43,651 bases of DNA from an uncultured Francisellaceae bacterium (GTDB lineage Bacteria > Pseudomonadota > Gammaproteobacteria > Francisellales > Francisellaceae). Shown one piece after another: positions 32,536 to 41,156 of this stretch. The stretch spans positions 1 to 43,651 of the forward strand of contig CAZAJS010000001.1 in NCBI GenBank assembly GCA_964485635.1, read 5' to 3'. The notes below the pieces were generated by a model. It saw only the letters and a program-made list of their open reading frames with translations. It ran no database searches and was not told where the DNA came from. The translations under genes and the position numbers were made by a program. Each line of letters begins with the position of its first letter. Position 1 is the stretch's first letter.

Positions 32536-32979
32536 ATGCGTCATCGTAAAACTGGTCGCCGTTTTGGCCGAACAAGTAGTCATCGCCAAGCGATGTTCCG
32601 TAATATGTCCGCCTCATTGATTAATCATGAGCTAATAAAAACAACATTGCCAAAAGCAAAAGAACTTCGGGGCATTATTGAACCGTTAATCACGTTAGCT
32701 AAACGTGAAGTTGTTTTGCGTGAGCAAAAAGATCAAATGAGCCAAGTAGATTTTGATGGTCAAGTTGTCGCATTACGTCGTCAAGCATTTAAAAAATTGC
32801 GCAATAAAATGGCTGTCAAAAAATTATTTGAAGAAATTGCTCCACGTTATGCTCAACGTCCAGGTGGTTATACACGCATTTTAAAATGCGGTTACCGTCA
32901 TGGTGATAAAGCACCAATGGGCTTTGTTGAGCTTGTTGATCGTCCGGTTGAAACAATGGATGCTGAAGAAATTGATTAA
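32536..32979 (+). CDS. rplQ: 50S ribosomal protein L17
   Basis: [36 protein letters not shown]. It carries an ~18-aa insertion relative to E. coli L17. Confidence 0.97.
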   Translation: MRHRKTGRRFGRTSSHRQAMFRNMSASLINHELIKTTLPKAKELRGIIEPLITLAKREVVLREQKDQMSQVDFDGQVVALRRQAFKKLRNKMAVKKLFEEIAPRYAQRPGGYTRILKCGYRHGDKAPMGFVELVDRPVETMDAEEID

Positions 32980-33060
32980 ACCGTCGTTGTAATTTAACTT
33001 TTCTCTTTTTCTTTTTTTCTTTATACTATCGATACTACCATTTTAAGTATGTGATTTTAT

Positions 33061-33918
33061 ATGAAACGTCAATTAATTGTGACTTCTTTATTAACTGCGC
33101 TGGCAGTGAATGCGCCAGCCACAAGTTTAAGTCATGTCAATGTCTCAAATGCTGATATCAATTTTTCAGTCAAAACATTTAAAAATCGGCCCTTTTATAA
33201 ACCAATCGGGGTGATTCGAACAGATGAACGGACTTATATTCGATTTGATCAAACCATTGCCAAATCACAACGTCCTGAAATTTTTGTCAAGGGAACCTCA
33301 GGCAAGCCACCAAGTATGATATGGCAAAATAATTATGTTGTTCTAAATCGACCTGTAAAAAGCGTACAGATTGCAACACCATCAGGACAGCCACTATATG
33401 AAGTAACCGTTGAAAATACTTTTAATTTAACGAATATTAAACCAGCTCCCCGTTTAACGGGGCAACAAGCTAGTGGCTTTATTATTGGCGCAAACTTAGG
33501 CACAGCGCATATCAAAGACAAATTTGGCTTCAATGGAGGGGTCAAATGGGGATATGATGCGCTTTTAACGGGTGATTGGTTAGTTGGTTTTGAATTAGGC
33601 GGTCAGTATGATGGTTCAATGACATCGGATAAAAATGATCAAGCCATTCAGGCAGGCAATGCCAATGTACAATTGCGCTTTTCTCGTGTGTTTGGCAGTG
33701 GTTGGATGGCAACGGCTCAAGCAGGACTAGCCTATGTCTGGTATAGCAATAATGATCAAACAGATTTAGATAATGGTGTTGCTCCATTAGCAGGGATCAA
33801 TTTTGACTATCTGTTTCCAACACATATTAGTCTAGGACTTGGGTATCGTCATTTATTTTCAACGCCAAATATTGAATCAACCGACAATATCAATTTACAT
33901 GTGACCTATCATTTTTAA
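33061..33918 (+). CDS. Outer-membrane protein: VirB9/TrbG-like N-terminal domain fused to an 8-stranded beta-barrel
   Basis: Signal peptide MKRQLIVTSLLTALAVNAPA. The N-domain YKPIGVIRTDERTYIRFDQ..RPEIFVKG..NNYVVLNRP resembles the VirB9/TrbG (CagX) pattern. The C-terminal ~150 aa show alternating-hydrophobic strands and end in the aromatic signature HVTYHF. Confidence 0.55.
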   Translation: MKRQLIVTSLLTALAVNAPATSLSHVNVSNADINFSVKTFKNRPFYKPIGVIRTDERTYIRFDQTIAKSQRPEIFVKGTSGKPPSMIWQNNYVVLNRPVKSVQIATPSGQPLYEVTVENTFNLTNIKPAPRLTGQQASGFIIGANLGTAHIKDKFGFNGGVKWGYDALLTGDWLVGFELGGQYDGSMTSDKNDQAIQAGNANVQLRFSRVFGSGWMATAQAGLAYVWYSNNDQTDLDNGVAPLAGINFDYLFPTHISLGLGYRHLFSTPNIESTDNINLHVTYHF

Positions 33919-33936
33919 TTTTTCTTGGTTCATTGA

Positions 33937-33964
33937 CTTGAATTTTATCATTCAACCACCATAT
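33937..33964 (+). promoter_or_regulatory. Sigma-32 (heat-shock) type promoter for htpG
   Basis: CTTGAA (33937-33942), a 13-nt spacer, then CCACCATAT (33956-33964). The E. coli sigma-32 consensus is CTTGAA - 13 to 15 nt - CCCCATnT. The element lies 48 nt upstream of the htpG ATG. Confidence 0.6.
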
Positions 33965-34011
33965 TTTGTGTCAGTCATTTATCAAACAATGAAAAATAGG
34001 AGATGCTCTTT

Positions 34012-35901
34012 ATGACTGATCAACAAACGTATACCTTTCAAACTGAAGTAAAACAATTATTAAATTTAGTGATTAATTCGCTTTACTCAAATAAAGAAGT
34101 TTTCCTTCGAGAGCTTATCTCAAATAGTTCAGATGCGATTGAAAAGTTGCGTTTTGCAGGGATGGATCAACCTGAATTATTAAAGGATGCCGGTGAATCT
34201 CATGTTCAAATTGATGTTGATGATGAGGCTAAAACCGTAACGGTTCGTGATAATGGAATTGGGATGAATCACGATGAAGTGATTGAAAACTTAGGAACCA
34301 TTGCAAACTCTGGAACGAAAAAGTTTTTAGAATCTTTAACAGGGGATCAAAATAAAGATTCTGCTTTGATTGGACAATTTGGTGTTGGTTTTTATTCGGC
34401 ATTTATCGTTGCTGATGACGTCACTGTTGATACACGCAAAGCCGGTGATAAGCCTGAAAATGGCGTTCGTTGGACATCATCTGCTGATGGTCAATATACG
34501 GTGGAAACCATTAGTAAACAAACACCCGGGACAGAAATCATTTTGCATTTGCGTGAGGGTGAAGAAGAGTTTTTACAACGTCAACGGTTACGTTCAATTG
34601 TAAAAAAATATTCAGATTGCCTGTCAACACCGATTGAAATGAAAAAAGTTGAACAAGACGATCAAGGCAATGAAACTGTTACGGATGAATGGGAAGTTAT
34701 TAATAGTGCCAAAGCGCTTTGGACACGTGCAAAAGAGGAGATTACAGACGAAGAATATAAAGAGTTTTATAAACAATTATCCCATGATTTTGGTGAGCCT
34801 TTAACGTGGTCGCACAATAAAGTCGAAGGCAATTTAGAATATACAAGCTTATTATATATCCCTGAAAATAAGCCATTTGACCTTTGGGATCGTGACCGTA
34901 AATCAGGTTTACAGTTATACGTTCAACGTGTTTTCATTATGGAAAATGAAGACTTATTACCGCCGTATCTACGGTTTGTTAAAGGTTTAATTGACTCGAA
35001 TGATTTACCATTAAATGTTTCACGAGAATTATTGCAAAATAATCGTGTGATTCATAAATTGAAAAAAGCCACAACGAAAAAAGTTTTAAGCATGTTAAGT
35101 GGTTTAGCAAGCAACCATGCTGAAGATTATCAGAAATTATGGAATAATTTTGGCACTGTTCTAAAAGAAGGACTTGCTGAAGATCATGATAACCAAGCCA
35201 AAATTGCGAAACTTGCTCGCTTTGCTTCAACACATGAAGATACAAACGTGCAAAATGTATCATTAGATGACTATATTGCTCGTATGAAAGAAGGCCAAGA
35301 GACCATTTATTATATTACTGCAGAAAGCTTTAATGCTGCGAAAAATAATCCGCAATTAGAGGCCTTCCGTGCCAAGGGCATTGAAGTGCTTTTACTCAGT
35401 GACCGTGTTGATGAATGGGTGATGTCACACTTTACTGAATATGAAGGCAAAACACTGAAATCTGTGTTAAAAGGTGATGTTGATTTAAGTCAGTTTGAAA
35501 CAGAAGAAGACAAAAAAGCCCATGAAGCTCAAGAAAAAGAATATGAAAAAATTATTGAGCAAATGAAAGAAGCACTTAAAAATCAAGTTGAAGATGTCCG
35601 TCTTTCAAAACGGCTAACAGATTCACCAAGTTGTGTGGTTGTCAATGATTATGGCATGACACTGCATATGCAAAAGTTAATGGAAGAAGCCGGTCAAATG
35701 ATGCCGGGGCTTGGTGGCATGAAGCCGATTTTAGAAATTAATGGACAACATCCTGTGATTCAACGTTTAAAAGAAGAAGTTGATGATACACGCTTTAATG
35801 AATTATCTGAAGTACTGTATCAGCAAGCTTTATTAACAGAAGGGGCAAAAATTGATGATCCGGCCCGTTTTGTTAAGCTTGTCAATAAATATATTGTCTA
35901 A
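34012..35901 (+). CDS. htpG: Molecular chaperone HtpG (Hsp90)
   Basis: [29 protein letters not shown]. The ATG at 34012 has AGGAG 9 nt upstream; the track start at 34003 overlaps that RBS. Confidence 0.97.
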   Translation: MTDQQTYTFQTEVKQLLNLVINSLYSNKEVFLRELISNSSDAIEKLRFAGMDQPELLKDAGESHVQIDVDDEAKTVTVRDNGIGMNHDEVIENLGTIANSGTKKFLESLTGDQNKDSALIGQFGVGFYSAFIVADDVTVDTRKAGDKPENGVRWTSSADGQYTVETISKQTPGTEIILHLREGEEEFLQRQRLRSIVKKYSDCLSTPIEMKKVEQDDQGNETVTDEWEVINSAKALWTRAKEEITDEEYKEFYKQLSHDFGEPLTWSHNKVEGNLEYTSLLYIPENKPFDLWDRDRKSGLQLYVQRVFIMENEDLLPPYLRFVKGLIDSNDLPLNVSRELLQNNRVIHKLKKATTKKVLSMLSGLASNHAEDYQKLWNNFGTVLKEGLAEDHDNQAKIAKLARFASTHEDTNVQNVSLDDYIARMKEGQETIYYITAESFNAAKNNPQLEAFRAKGIEVLLLSDRVDEWVMSHFTEYEGKTLKSVLKGDVDLSQFETEEDKKAHEAQEKEYEKIIEQMKEALKNQVEDVRLSKRLTDSPSCVVVNDYGMTLHMQKLMEEAGQMMPGLGGMKPILEINGQHPVIQRLKEEVDDTRFNELSEVLYQQALLTEGAKIDDPARFVKLVNKYIV

Positions 35902-35924
35902 ATCACCATTTATCTCATGAAACC

Positions 35925-35958
35925 ATTGACTGATATGAAACTGACTGTATCAGTCAAT
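35925..35958 (+). terminator. Stem-loop downstream of htpG (perfect 11-bp stem)
   Basis: ATTGACTGATA (35925-35935) pairs with TATCAGTCAAT (35948-35958) around a 12-nt loop, 24 nt after the htpG stop. The T-run follows only after ~12 nt, so it is not a textbook intrinsic terminator. Confidence 0.5.
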
Positions 35959-35969
35959 TGTCTGCCGAT

Positions 35970-35998
35970 TTGTATTTTACTTAAAAGCAATATATAAT
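35970..35998 (+). promoter_or_regulatory. Candidate promoter for the glycosyltransferase operon (TTGTAT - 17 nt - TATAAT)
   Basis: The hexamers lie at 35970-35975 and 35993-35998. This would give a ~130-nt AT-rich leader before the GT2 gene. Confidence 0.4.
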
Positions 35999-36137
35999 TA
36001 TCTTATTTCAAATTGATAAAATACTTTGTTATTTTGATCGGATGGTTGGATCTTTTTCATTGAATTGACGTTAACTAAATGCAATTAAGGTGTTGATCAA
36101 ATGCATCCATCAAGAGGCAAAAATAAGGTGATTGAAA

Positions 36138-36887
36138 ATGCCGACATTAAGTGTCATTGTCATTACAAAAAATGAAGAGGATAATATTGGACGCTGTTTA
36201 CAATCAGTTCAATGGGCTGATGAGTTGATTGTCGTTGATTCAGGCAGTACTGATCAAACCGTTGCCATTGCTAAATCGTATGGAGCCCGTGTTTATCATC
36301 AAGATTGGCTTGGGTTTGGAGCTCAAAAAAATAAAGCACTTGAAAAAGCCACTAGTGATTGGGTTTTATCATTAGATGCCGATGAATTTTTGTTAGAAAA
36401 AGATGGCAACGCATTGCAACAATGGTTGAGCAAACCGCATCAGGCTAGTGCAGTGAGTTTATTACGTATTGGTTATTTTCGTGGCAAAAAAATTCGTTAC
36501 AGTTATGGTCCAAAAGAGCGGCATGTACGCCTTTTTAGGCGAGGAAGTGCAACTTTTGATAATGCAATTATCCATGAGCGTTTAATCACAGAGGGCCAGA
36601 TTCAAGCAGTTAACCTATGTATTCAGCATGAAACAATTCAATCCATCTCAGAAGTCTTAGCAAAAATGCAGACCTATACTACATTAGGTGCAAAGAAACG
36701 CCATGAATCAGGAAAAAAAGCTACTTTAGGGACACTGATTTTAAAACCCTTAATCGGATTTTTCAAAGTATATTGTATTCGACGAGGGTTTTTAGATGGC
36801 AAGTATGGTTTTATCATTGCCTGTTGCCATTCCCATTCGATTTTTTATCGACAATTAAAGTTGCTTGAAAGGCAAAAAAAATTATGA
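36138..36887 (+). CDS. Family-2 glycosyltransferase, WaaE/KdtX-like LPS core enzyme
   Basis: MPTLSVIVITKNEEDNIGRCLQSV.WADELIVVDSGSTDQT..LSLDADE (GT2 DxD). The ATG at 36138 is preferred over the TTG at 36132. Confidence 0.8.
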   Translation: MPTLSVIVITKNEEDNIGRCLQSVQWADELIVVDSGSTDQTVAIAKSYGARVYHQDWLGFGAQKNKALEKATSDWVLSLDADEFLLEKDGNALQQWLSKPHQASAVSLLRIGYFRGKKIRYSYGPKERHVRLFRRGSATFDNAIIHERLITEGQIQAVNLCIQHETIQSISEVLAKMQTYTTLGAKKRHESGKKATLGTLILKPLIGFFKVYCIRRGFLDGKYGFIIACCHSHSIFYRQLKLLERQKKL

Positions 36888-36979
36888 TGACATTAATTCA
36901 ATGTTAAGCATGCAACATATCTTTGTTTTTTAGATAAACATAACCGAAAATAGATTTTTAAAATGCAATTGGGATTAAT

Positions 36980-38062
36980 ATGACAAATCAGCAACCAATC
37001 ACACATATTAATTTAGCAAAAGGATTTCGGGGTGGTGAACGTCAAACATTATTGCTGATCAGTCAGTTATCTAAACAAGGCTATCTACAACAGTTAGTAA
37101 CAAGAAAAGATTCAGACTTAGCCGAAAAGGCCAAAACTGTTAAAAATCTTAAAATTATTCAAATTGGTAAGCCTTATTTTTTACATTTGAAAAAAATTAA
37201 AAATAGTCGCTTGCTTCATGCGCATGAAACAAAAGCTGCTCAACTTTGTTTATTGATGTTTTTAAGATATCAAATTCCTTATATCGTGACACGTCGTGTT
37301 GATCATCCTATCAAACATAATTTGTTTAATAAGAAAATCTATGAAAAAGCGCAATATACCATCGCATTATCGAGTGTGATTCAACAAAAAGTGGCACAAT
37401 TATCGAAACGGATTCATTCAGTGGTGATTCCAAGTGCTTATGGACGACTTGAAACGAATACCACAAATATTGAAAAACTACGGCAACGCTTCAAAAACCA
37501 ATTTATCATTGGCCATATCGGTGAACTTTGTAATAAGCATAAAGGGCAATATTATTTAATTCAAGCAGCTAAAAAACTACAAGTCACACACCCGCAGATC
37601 CATTTTATTTTATTAGGACAAGGTCCAGATGCGATGTTTTATCGTCAGCAAGCCCAAGGGTTAACAAATATTACATTTGAAGGCTTTGTGGATAATGTAG
37701 GGGATTATATCGCTATTTTTGATCTGTTTGTTTTTCCTTCTTTGTATGAAGGCTTAGGTTCTTCATTGTTAGATGTCATGCAAGCTAAGGTCCCGATTAT
37801 TGCCAGTAGCGTTGGGGGCATTGTCGATATTGTTCACCATGAGTTTAATGGATTGTTAGTCCCTTCAAAAGATGCTGAAGCAATACAACAGGCCATCATT
37901 CGCTACTATGAGAAACCTAAGCTGCGTTTACAAATGGCGCAAACCGGTTATCACATGATGCAATATTATGCTCCAGACTATATTGCATCACGTTATATAG
38001 AGCTTTATGAGCAAATCAATAAACAAGATGATTCATATAATAGGAGAAGGGATAATGATTGA
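36980..38062 (+). CDS. Family-4 (GT-B, RfaG-like) glycosyltransferase
   Basis: GGERQTLLLISQL N-terminus and an E-x7-E region PSLYEGLGSSLLDVMQAKVPIIAS. Confidence 0.82.
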   Translation: MTNQQPITHINLAKGFRGGERQTLLLISQLSKQGYLQQLVTRKDSDLAEKAKTVKNLKIIQIGKPYFLHLKKIKNSRLLHAHETKAAQLCLLMFLRYQIPYIVTRRVDHPIKHNLFNKKIYEKAQYTIALSSVIQQKVAQLSKRIHSVVIPSAYGRLETNTTNIEKLRQRFKNQFIIGHIGELCNKHKGQYYLIQAAKKLQVTHPQIHFILLGQGPDAMFYRQQAQGLTNITFEGFVDNVGDYIAIFDLFVFPSLYEGLGSSLLDVMQAKVPIIASSVGGIVDIVHHEFNGLLVPSKDAEAIQQAIIRYYEKPKLRLQMAQTGYHMMQYYAPDYIASRYIELYEQINKQDDSYNRRRDND

Positions 38063-38999
38063 TGCTGTCTTTACCTGGGTCAATGGGCAAGATCCAACAC
38101 ATCAAAAAAAGCGGCAAGCATGGGAATCTAAAACACAAGATGCATCATTAGATTCACATGCTTGCCATGAAACACGGTTTAACAATTGTGATGAATTGTA
38201 CTACTCAGTGCAATTAGCTCGGCAAAATATGCCATGGCTGAATCGGATTTTTATTATCACGGATCAACAGCATCCTTCATGGTTAAGCGCATCGGTTCAA
38301 GCGCGATTAAACGTGACAATCATTGATCATCAAACAATTTTTGTCAATGATGATCAGGCCTTTTTACCAACATTTAATTCACGGTCTATTGAGTTAATGC
38401 TAGGAAAAATTCCCCATTTATCGGATTATTTTATTTATTTAAATGACGATATGTTTGTGGTTAGTCCCTGCCAGCCAAGTGATTTTTTTGATCAAGGCCA
38501 GCCTATTTTTCGAGGCATATGGCAAGGCAAGCAGTGGTTGATTAAAAAAATGCGCCAATTGATCACTTGGGACAAAGGTAAAATTGGGCTCAATGGGTGG
38601 CATAAAAATGGGACATCGGGGCGATTTCATGCATTTCGGTTAGCCCATGCGCCGGTTCCTATTGAAAAACAACTATTTAATGCATGTTTTTCAACCACAT
38701 TTAAAAAAACGCATTTGCAATACCGCTTTCGTAGTAAAGATCAGCTATGGCCTATTGGTTATTATGCTCAAACCATGTTAAATCAACGACGAGCTAAAAC
38801 GTGTTGGGATGGGTATGATTGTATTGATTTCAGTAACCGCAAAGGCAAACAGCAAGACCGGTTTGAAAAAACCTTAACCCATATCAAAAAACGTTCTGAC
38901 CTGTCTTTTTTATGTGTTCAGTCACTTGATCAAGCAACTGATAATCAAATGCAACAAGTACAAGATTATTTACATAATTTATTAGTCGACCCCATTTAA
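38055..38999 (+). CDS. Stealth-family hexose-1-phosphoryl transferase (capsule/EPS phosphotransferase type)
   Basis: Stealth-like conserved regions IDAVFTWVNGQDP, FLPTFNSRSIE, FIYLNDDMFV and LAHAPVPIEK. AGGAG lies 7 nt upstream of the ATG at 38055. The gene overlaps the GT4 gene by 8 nt. Confidence 0.75.
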   Translation: MIDAVFTWVNGQDPTHQKKRQAWESKTQDASLDSHACHETRFNNCDELYYSVQLARQNMPWLNRIFIITDQQHPSWLSASVQARLNVTIIDHQTIFVNDDQAFLPTFNSRSIELMLGKIPHLSDYFIYLNDDMFVVSPCQPSDFFDQGQPIFRGIWQGKQWLIKKMRQLITWDKGKIGLNGWHKNGTSGRFHAFRLAHAPVPIEKQLFNACFSTTFKKTHLQYRFRSKDQLWPIGYYAQTMLNQRRAKTCWDGYDCIDFSNRKGKQQDRFEKTLTHIKKRSDLSFLCVQSLDQATDNQMQQVQDYLHNLLVDPI

Positions 39000-39051
39000 A
39001 ACCCTGTTTCGTCGTGGCTTGATACAAGTCAAGTGAAATTGAAAATTTCAA

Positions 39052-39081
39052 TTGTCATTTCAAGCAGTTTTTGCCTAAAAT
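39052..39081 (+). promoter_or_regulatory. Candidate trhO promoter (TTGTCA - 18 nt - TAAAAT) overlapped by a 17-bp palindrome
   Basis: The -35 lies at 39052-39057 and the -10 at 39076-39081. The palindrome AATTGAAA-a-TTTCAATT (39037-39053) abuts and overlaps the -35. Confidence 0.35.
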
Positions 39082-39115
39082 AAGGATAACGCATTAAAAA
39101 GTGGAAATTCATCAT

Positions 39116-40123
39116 ATGCAACAAACTAATCCTTATGTCGTTTGTGCTTTATATAAATTTGTTAATTTGTTTGACTATCAAGCAATGCGTTCCCCTTTAC
39201 TCGAGGTGATGAATCATCATGGGATTAAAGGGTCCTTATTGCTTGCTGAAGAAGGGATTAATGGCACCGTTGCTGGAACGCAGCAAGGGATTGATGCATT
39301 GTTAGTCTATTTAAAATCAGATCCACGGTTGACTGATATTGATTATAAACTGTCTTATCATGACAATAAGCCTTTTTATCGGACAAAAGTTAAGCTTAAA
39401 AAAGAGATCGTCACCTTAGGGGTCAATGGGATTCATCCCCCTGAAATGGCTGGTCATTATGTCGAGCCTGCTGATTGGAATGATCTGATTTCAGATCCTG
39501 AAACATTGACCATTGATACGCGCAATGAATATGAAATTGCCATTGGAACATTTAAATACGCAGTCAATCCTCATACGGAAACATTTCGGCAATTTCCTAA
39601 ATATGTAGAAAATAATTTAAAAAACAGTCGTTATCAGCGTATTGCCATGTTTTGTACGGGTGGGATCCGCTGTGAAAAATCAACGGCTTATTTGCGTCAA
39701 TATGGGTTTGATGAGGTTTATCATCTAAAAGGTGGTATTTTAAAATACTTAGAACAAATTCCAGAAGAAGACAGTCTTTGGCAAGGGGAGTGTTTTGTTT
39801 TTGATGATCGTGTTGCTGTGACCCATGCCTTACGACAAGGCAGTTATGATCAGTGTTATGCGTGTCGTATGCCGATTACTGAGGCCGATAAGCAACGAGA
39901 TACTTATGAAAAAGGGGTCAGTTGCCATCACTGCTATGATCGATTAACTCCCGAACAAAAACAACGTTTTGCTGAACGACAATATCAGCAAACGTTGGCT
40001 AAGCAACGTGGGCAAGCTCATATTGGTGCAGAGGCGAATATCACAGCTGAACAACGCCGCCAGCAAAAACAGCAACAAAAGCAACAGCAAAGAAATAAAA
40101 TGCATACTCCGCATGAGACTTAA
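39116..40123 (+). CDS. trhO: Rhodanese-domain tRNA U34 hydroxylase TrhO (YceA family)
   Basis: YKFVNL N-terminus, rhodanese active-site loop [13 protein letters not shown]-terminal Cys cluster CYACRMP..CHHCYD, then a Q/K-rich tail. The start is the ATG at 39116 or the GTG at 39101. Confidence 0.85.
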   Translation: MQQTNPYVVCALYKFVNLFDYQAMRSPLLEVMNHHGIKGSLLLAEEGINGTVAGTQQGIDALLVYLKSDPRLTDIDYKLSYHDNKPFYRTKVKLKKEIVTLGVNGIHPPEMAGHYVEPADWNDLISDPETLTIDTRNEYEIAIGTFKYAVNPHTETFRQFPKYVENNLKNSRYQRIAMFCTGGIRCEKSTAYLRQYGFDEVYHLKGGILKYLEQIPEEDSLWQGECFVFDDRVAVTHALRQGSYDQCYACRMPITEADKQRDTYEKGVSCHHCYDRLTPEQKQRFAERQYQQTLAKQRGQAHIGAEANITAEQRRQQKQQQKQQQRNKMHTPHET

Positions 40124-40136
40124 GTGATCCATTGTG

Positions 40137-41153
40137 ATGTTGTCTTTCAAAAAAGTGGCGAAATTTTTTTTAAAATGGCGGGCTTATTGGCGCATCCAGT
40201 TGTACCCACCAGCTTATTGGGTGCCGGCCCAAATAACACAGTGGTCTTATCTTAAATATTTATGTCGATTTTTGCGTGATAAAAAGGCTTATCAAGCCTA
40301 TGAAAAAGCCCTTGGCGTTTATGATCCTAGTATTGAATTTATTCATTATGATCAAGTAGCCTTTTTAAGTGCCACGGGTGGGTCAGAGGTGATGAATATT
40401 TATCGAAAAGTCACCCTAGGGACAATGACGTTATTTGAAAAAATTTATTTAAATACGTCCCAAGACTTACAACGGGTTCATGCTTTTTATCAACATATTT
40501 ACCCTTTGATTGATCCTGAAAAGTTGCGCATTCCGGCATTAGTTAAATGTCTCGAGGCTAAGCAAACAACCATCATTTATGCTGAATTTTTTCCGCAATT
40601 AACGCCAATTGCGCCAGACAATTTGATGCCATGTTTATTAGATACTGTGGTGTATTTAAGCCAGTTGCCCGTTCCTGAGGATTATGTATTTGACCCAGAA
40701 GCATTTGAAGCCTATGTATTTTATCATGATCAAAAGCCTTATGCACAAGAGGTTTTGAAACAATATGGCTTTGACGTGGACTTATTAGCATCAATGGAGT
40801 CATTAGTCACATCATTTCCTTTTGTGGTGACCCATAATGATTTACATGGTGAGAACTTATATCAACATCACATTTTAATTGATTTTGACTGTTGGGGAGT
40901 TTATCCAATTGGGTATGAAGTGGCACGTTTAATGGTTCGTATGAAGATGAATGATATTGACCGTCTAGATACTATGTTAACCCGGTTACATCAACGGTTA
41001 CCGAGTCATTTAAGTCATTATTTAAATGTAAGCACGTACTATTTTACATTTGTCATGACAGCACGTTTTGCATTAAAGCACAATGCAACACAATGGCAAT
41101 CTTTCATTCAATCACTTTATCACCGATTACAAAAAGCACTGACTAAGATTTAA
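40137..41153 (+). CDS. APH/choline-kinase-fold phosphotransferase (putative sugar/LPS kinase)
   Basis: Gly-rich loop region ATGGSEVMNIYRKV, catalytic loop THNDLHGENL, and metal-binding IDFDCWG. Starts 13 nt downstream of trhO. Confidence 0.65.
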   Translation: MLSFKKVAKFFLKWRAYWRIQLYPPAYWVPAQITQWSYLKYLCRFLRDKKAYQAYEKALGVYDPSIEFIHYDQVAFLSATGGSEVMNIYRKVTLGTMTLFEKIYLNTSQDLQRVHAFYQHIYPLIDPEKLRIPALVKCLEAKQTTIIYAEFFPQLTPIAPDNLMPCLLDTVVYLSQLPVPEDYVFDPEAFEAYVFYHDQKPYAQEVLKQYGFDVDLLASMESLVTSFPFVVTHNDLHGENLYQHHILIDFDCWGVYPIGYEVARLMVRMKMNDIDRLDTMLTRLHQRLPSHLSHYLNVSTYYFTFVMTARFALKHNATQWQSFIQSLYHRLQKALTKI

Positions 41154-41156
41154 AAA

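Noticed and set aside
32707-32770. An ~18-aa insertion in L17 (..[24 protein letters not shown]..) relative to E. coli.
   Set aside because: This loop of L17 varies in length among bacteria. There is no sign of a frameshift, intein or mobile insertion, and the reading frame and flanking motifs are intact.
36101-36175. A 24-codon ORF (MHPSRGKNKVIENADIKCHCHYKK) overlapping the GT2 start, and an 8-codon ORF in the rpsJ-rplC spacer (19575-19601).
   Set aside because: Neither has an RBS or recognisable features, and conservation cannot be assessed here. They are most likely chance ORFs.
36874-36881. Homopolymeric A/T tracts (A7-A8) in the glycan genes (36874-36881, and several A7/T7 runs in the Stealth and GT4 genes) as phase-variation switches.
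   Set aside because: Runs of this length are common throughout this AT-rich window, including in ribosomal genes. The A8 sits in the last codons of the GT2 gene, where a frameshift would have little effect. No long (9 or more) tract sits near a 5' end.
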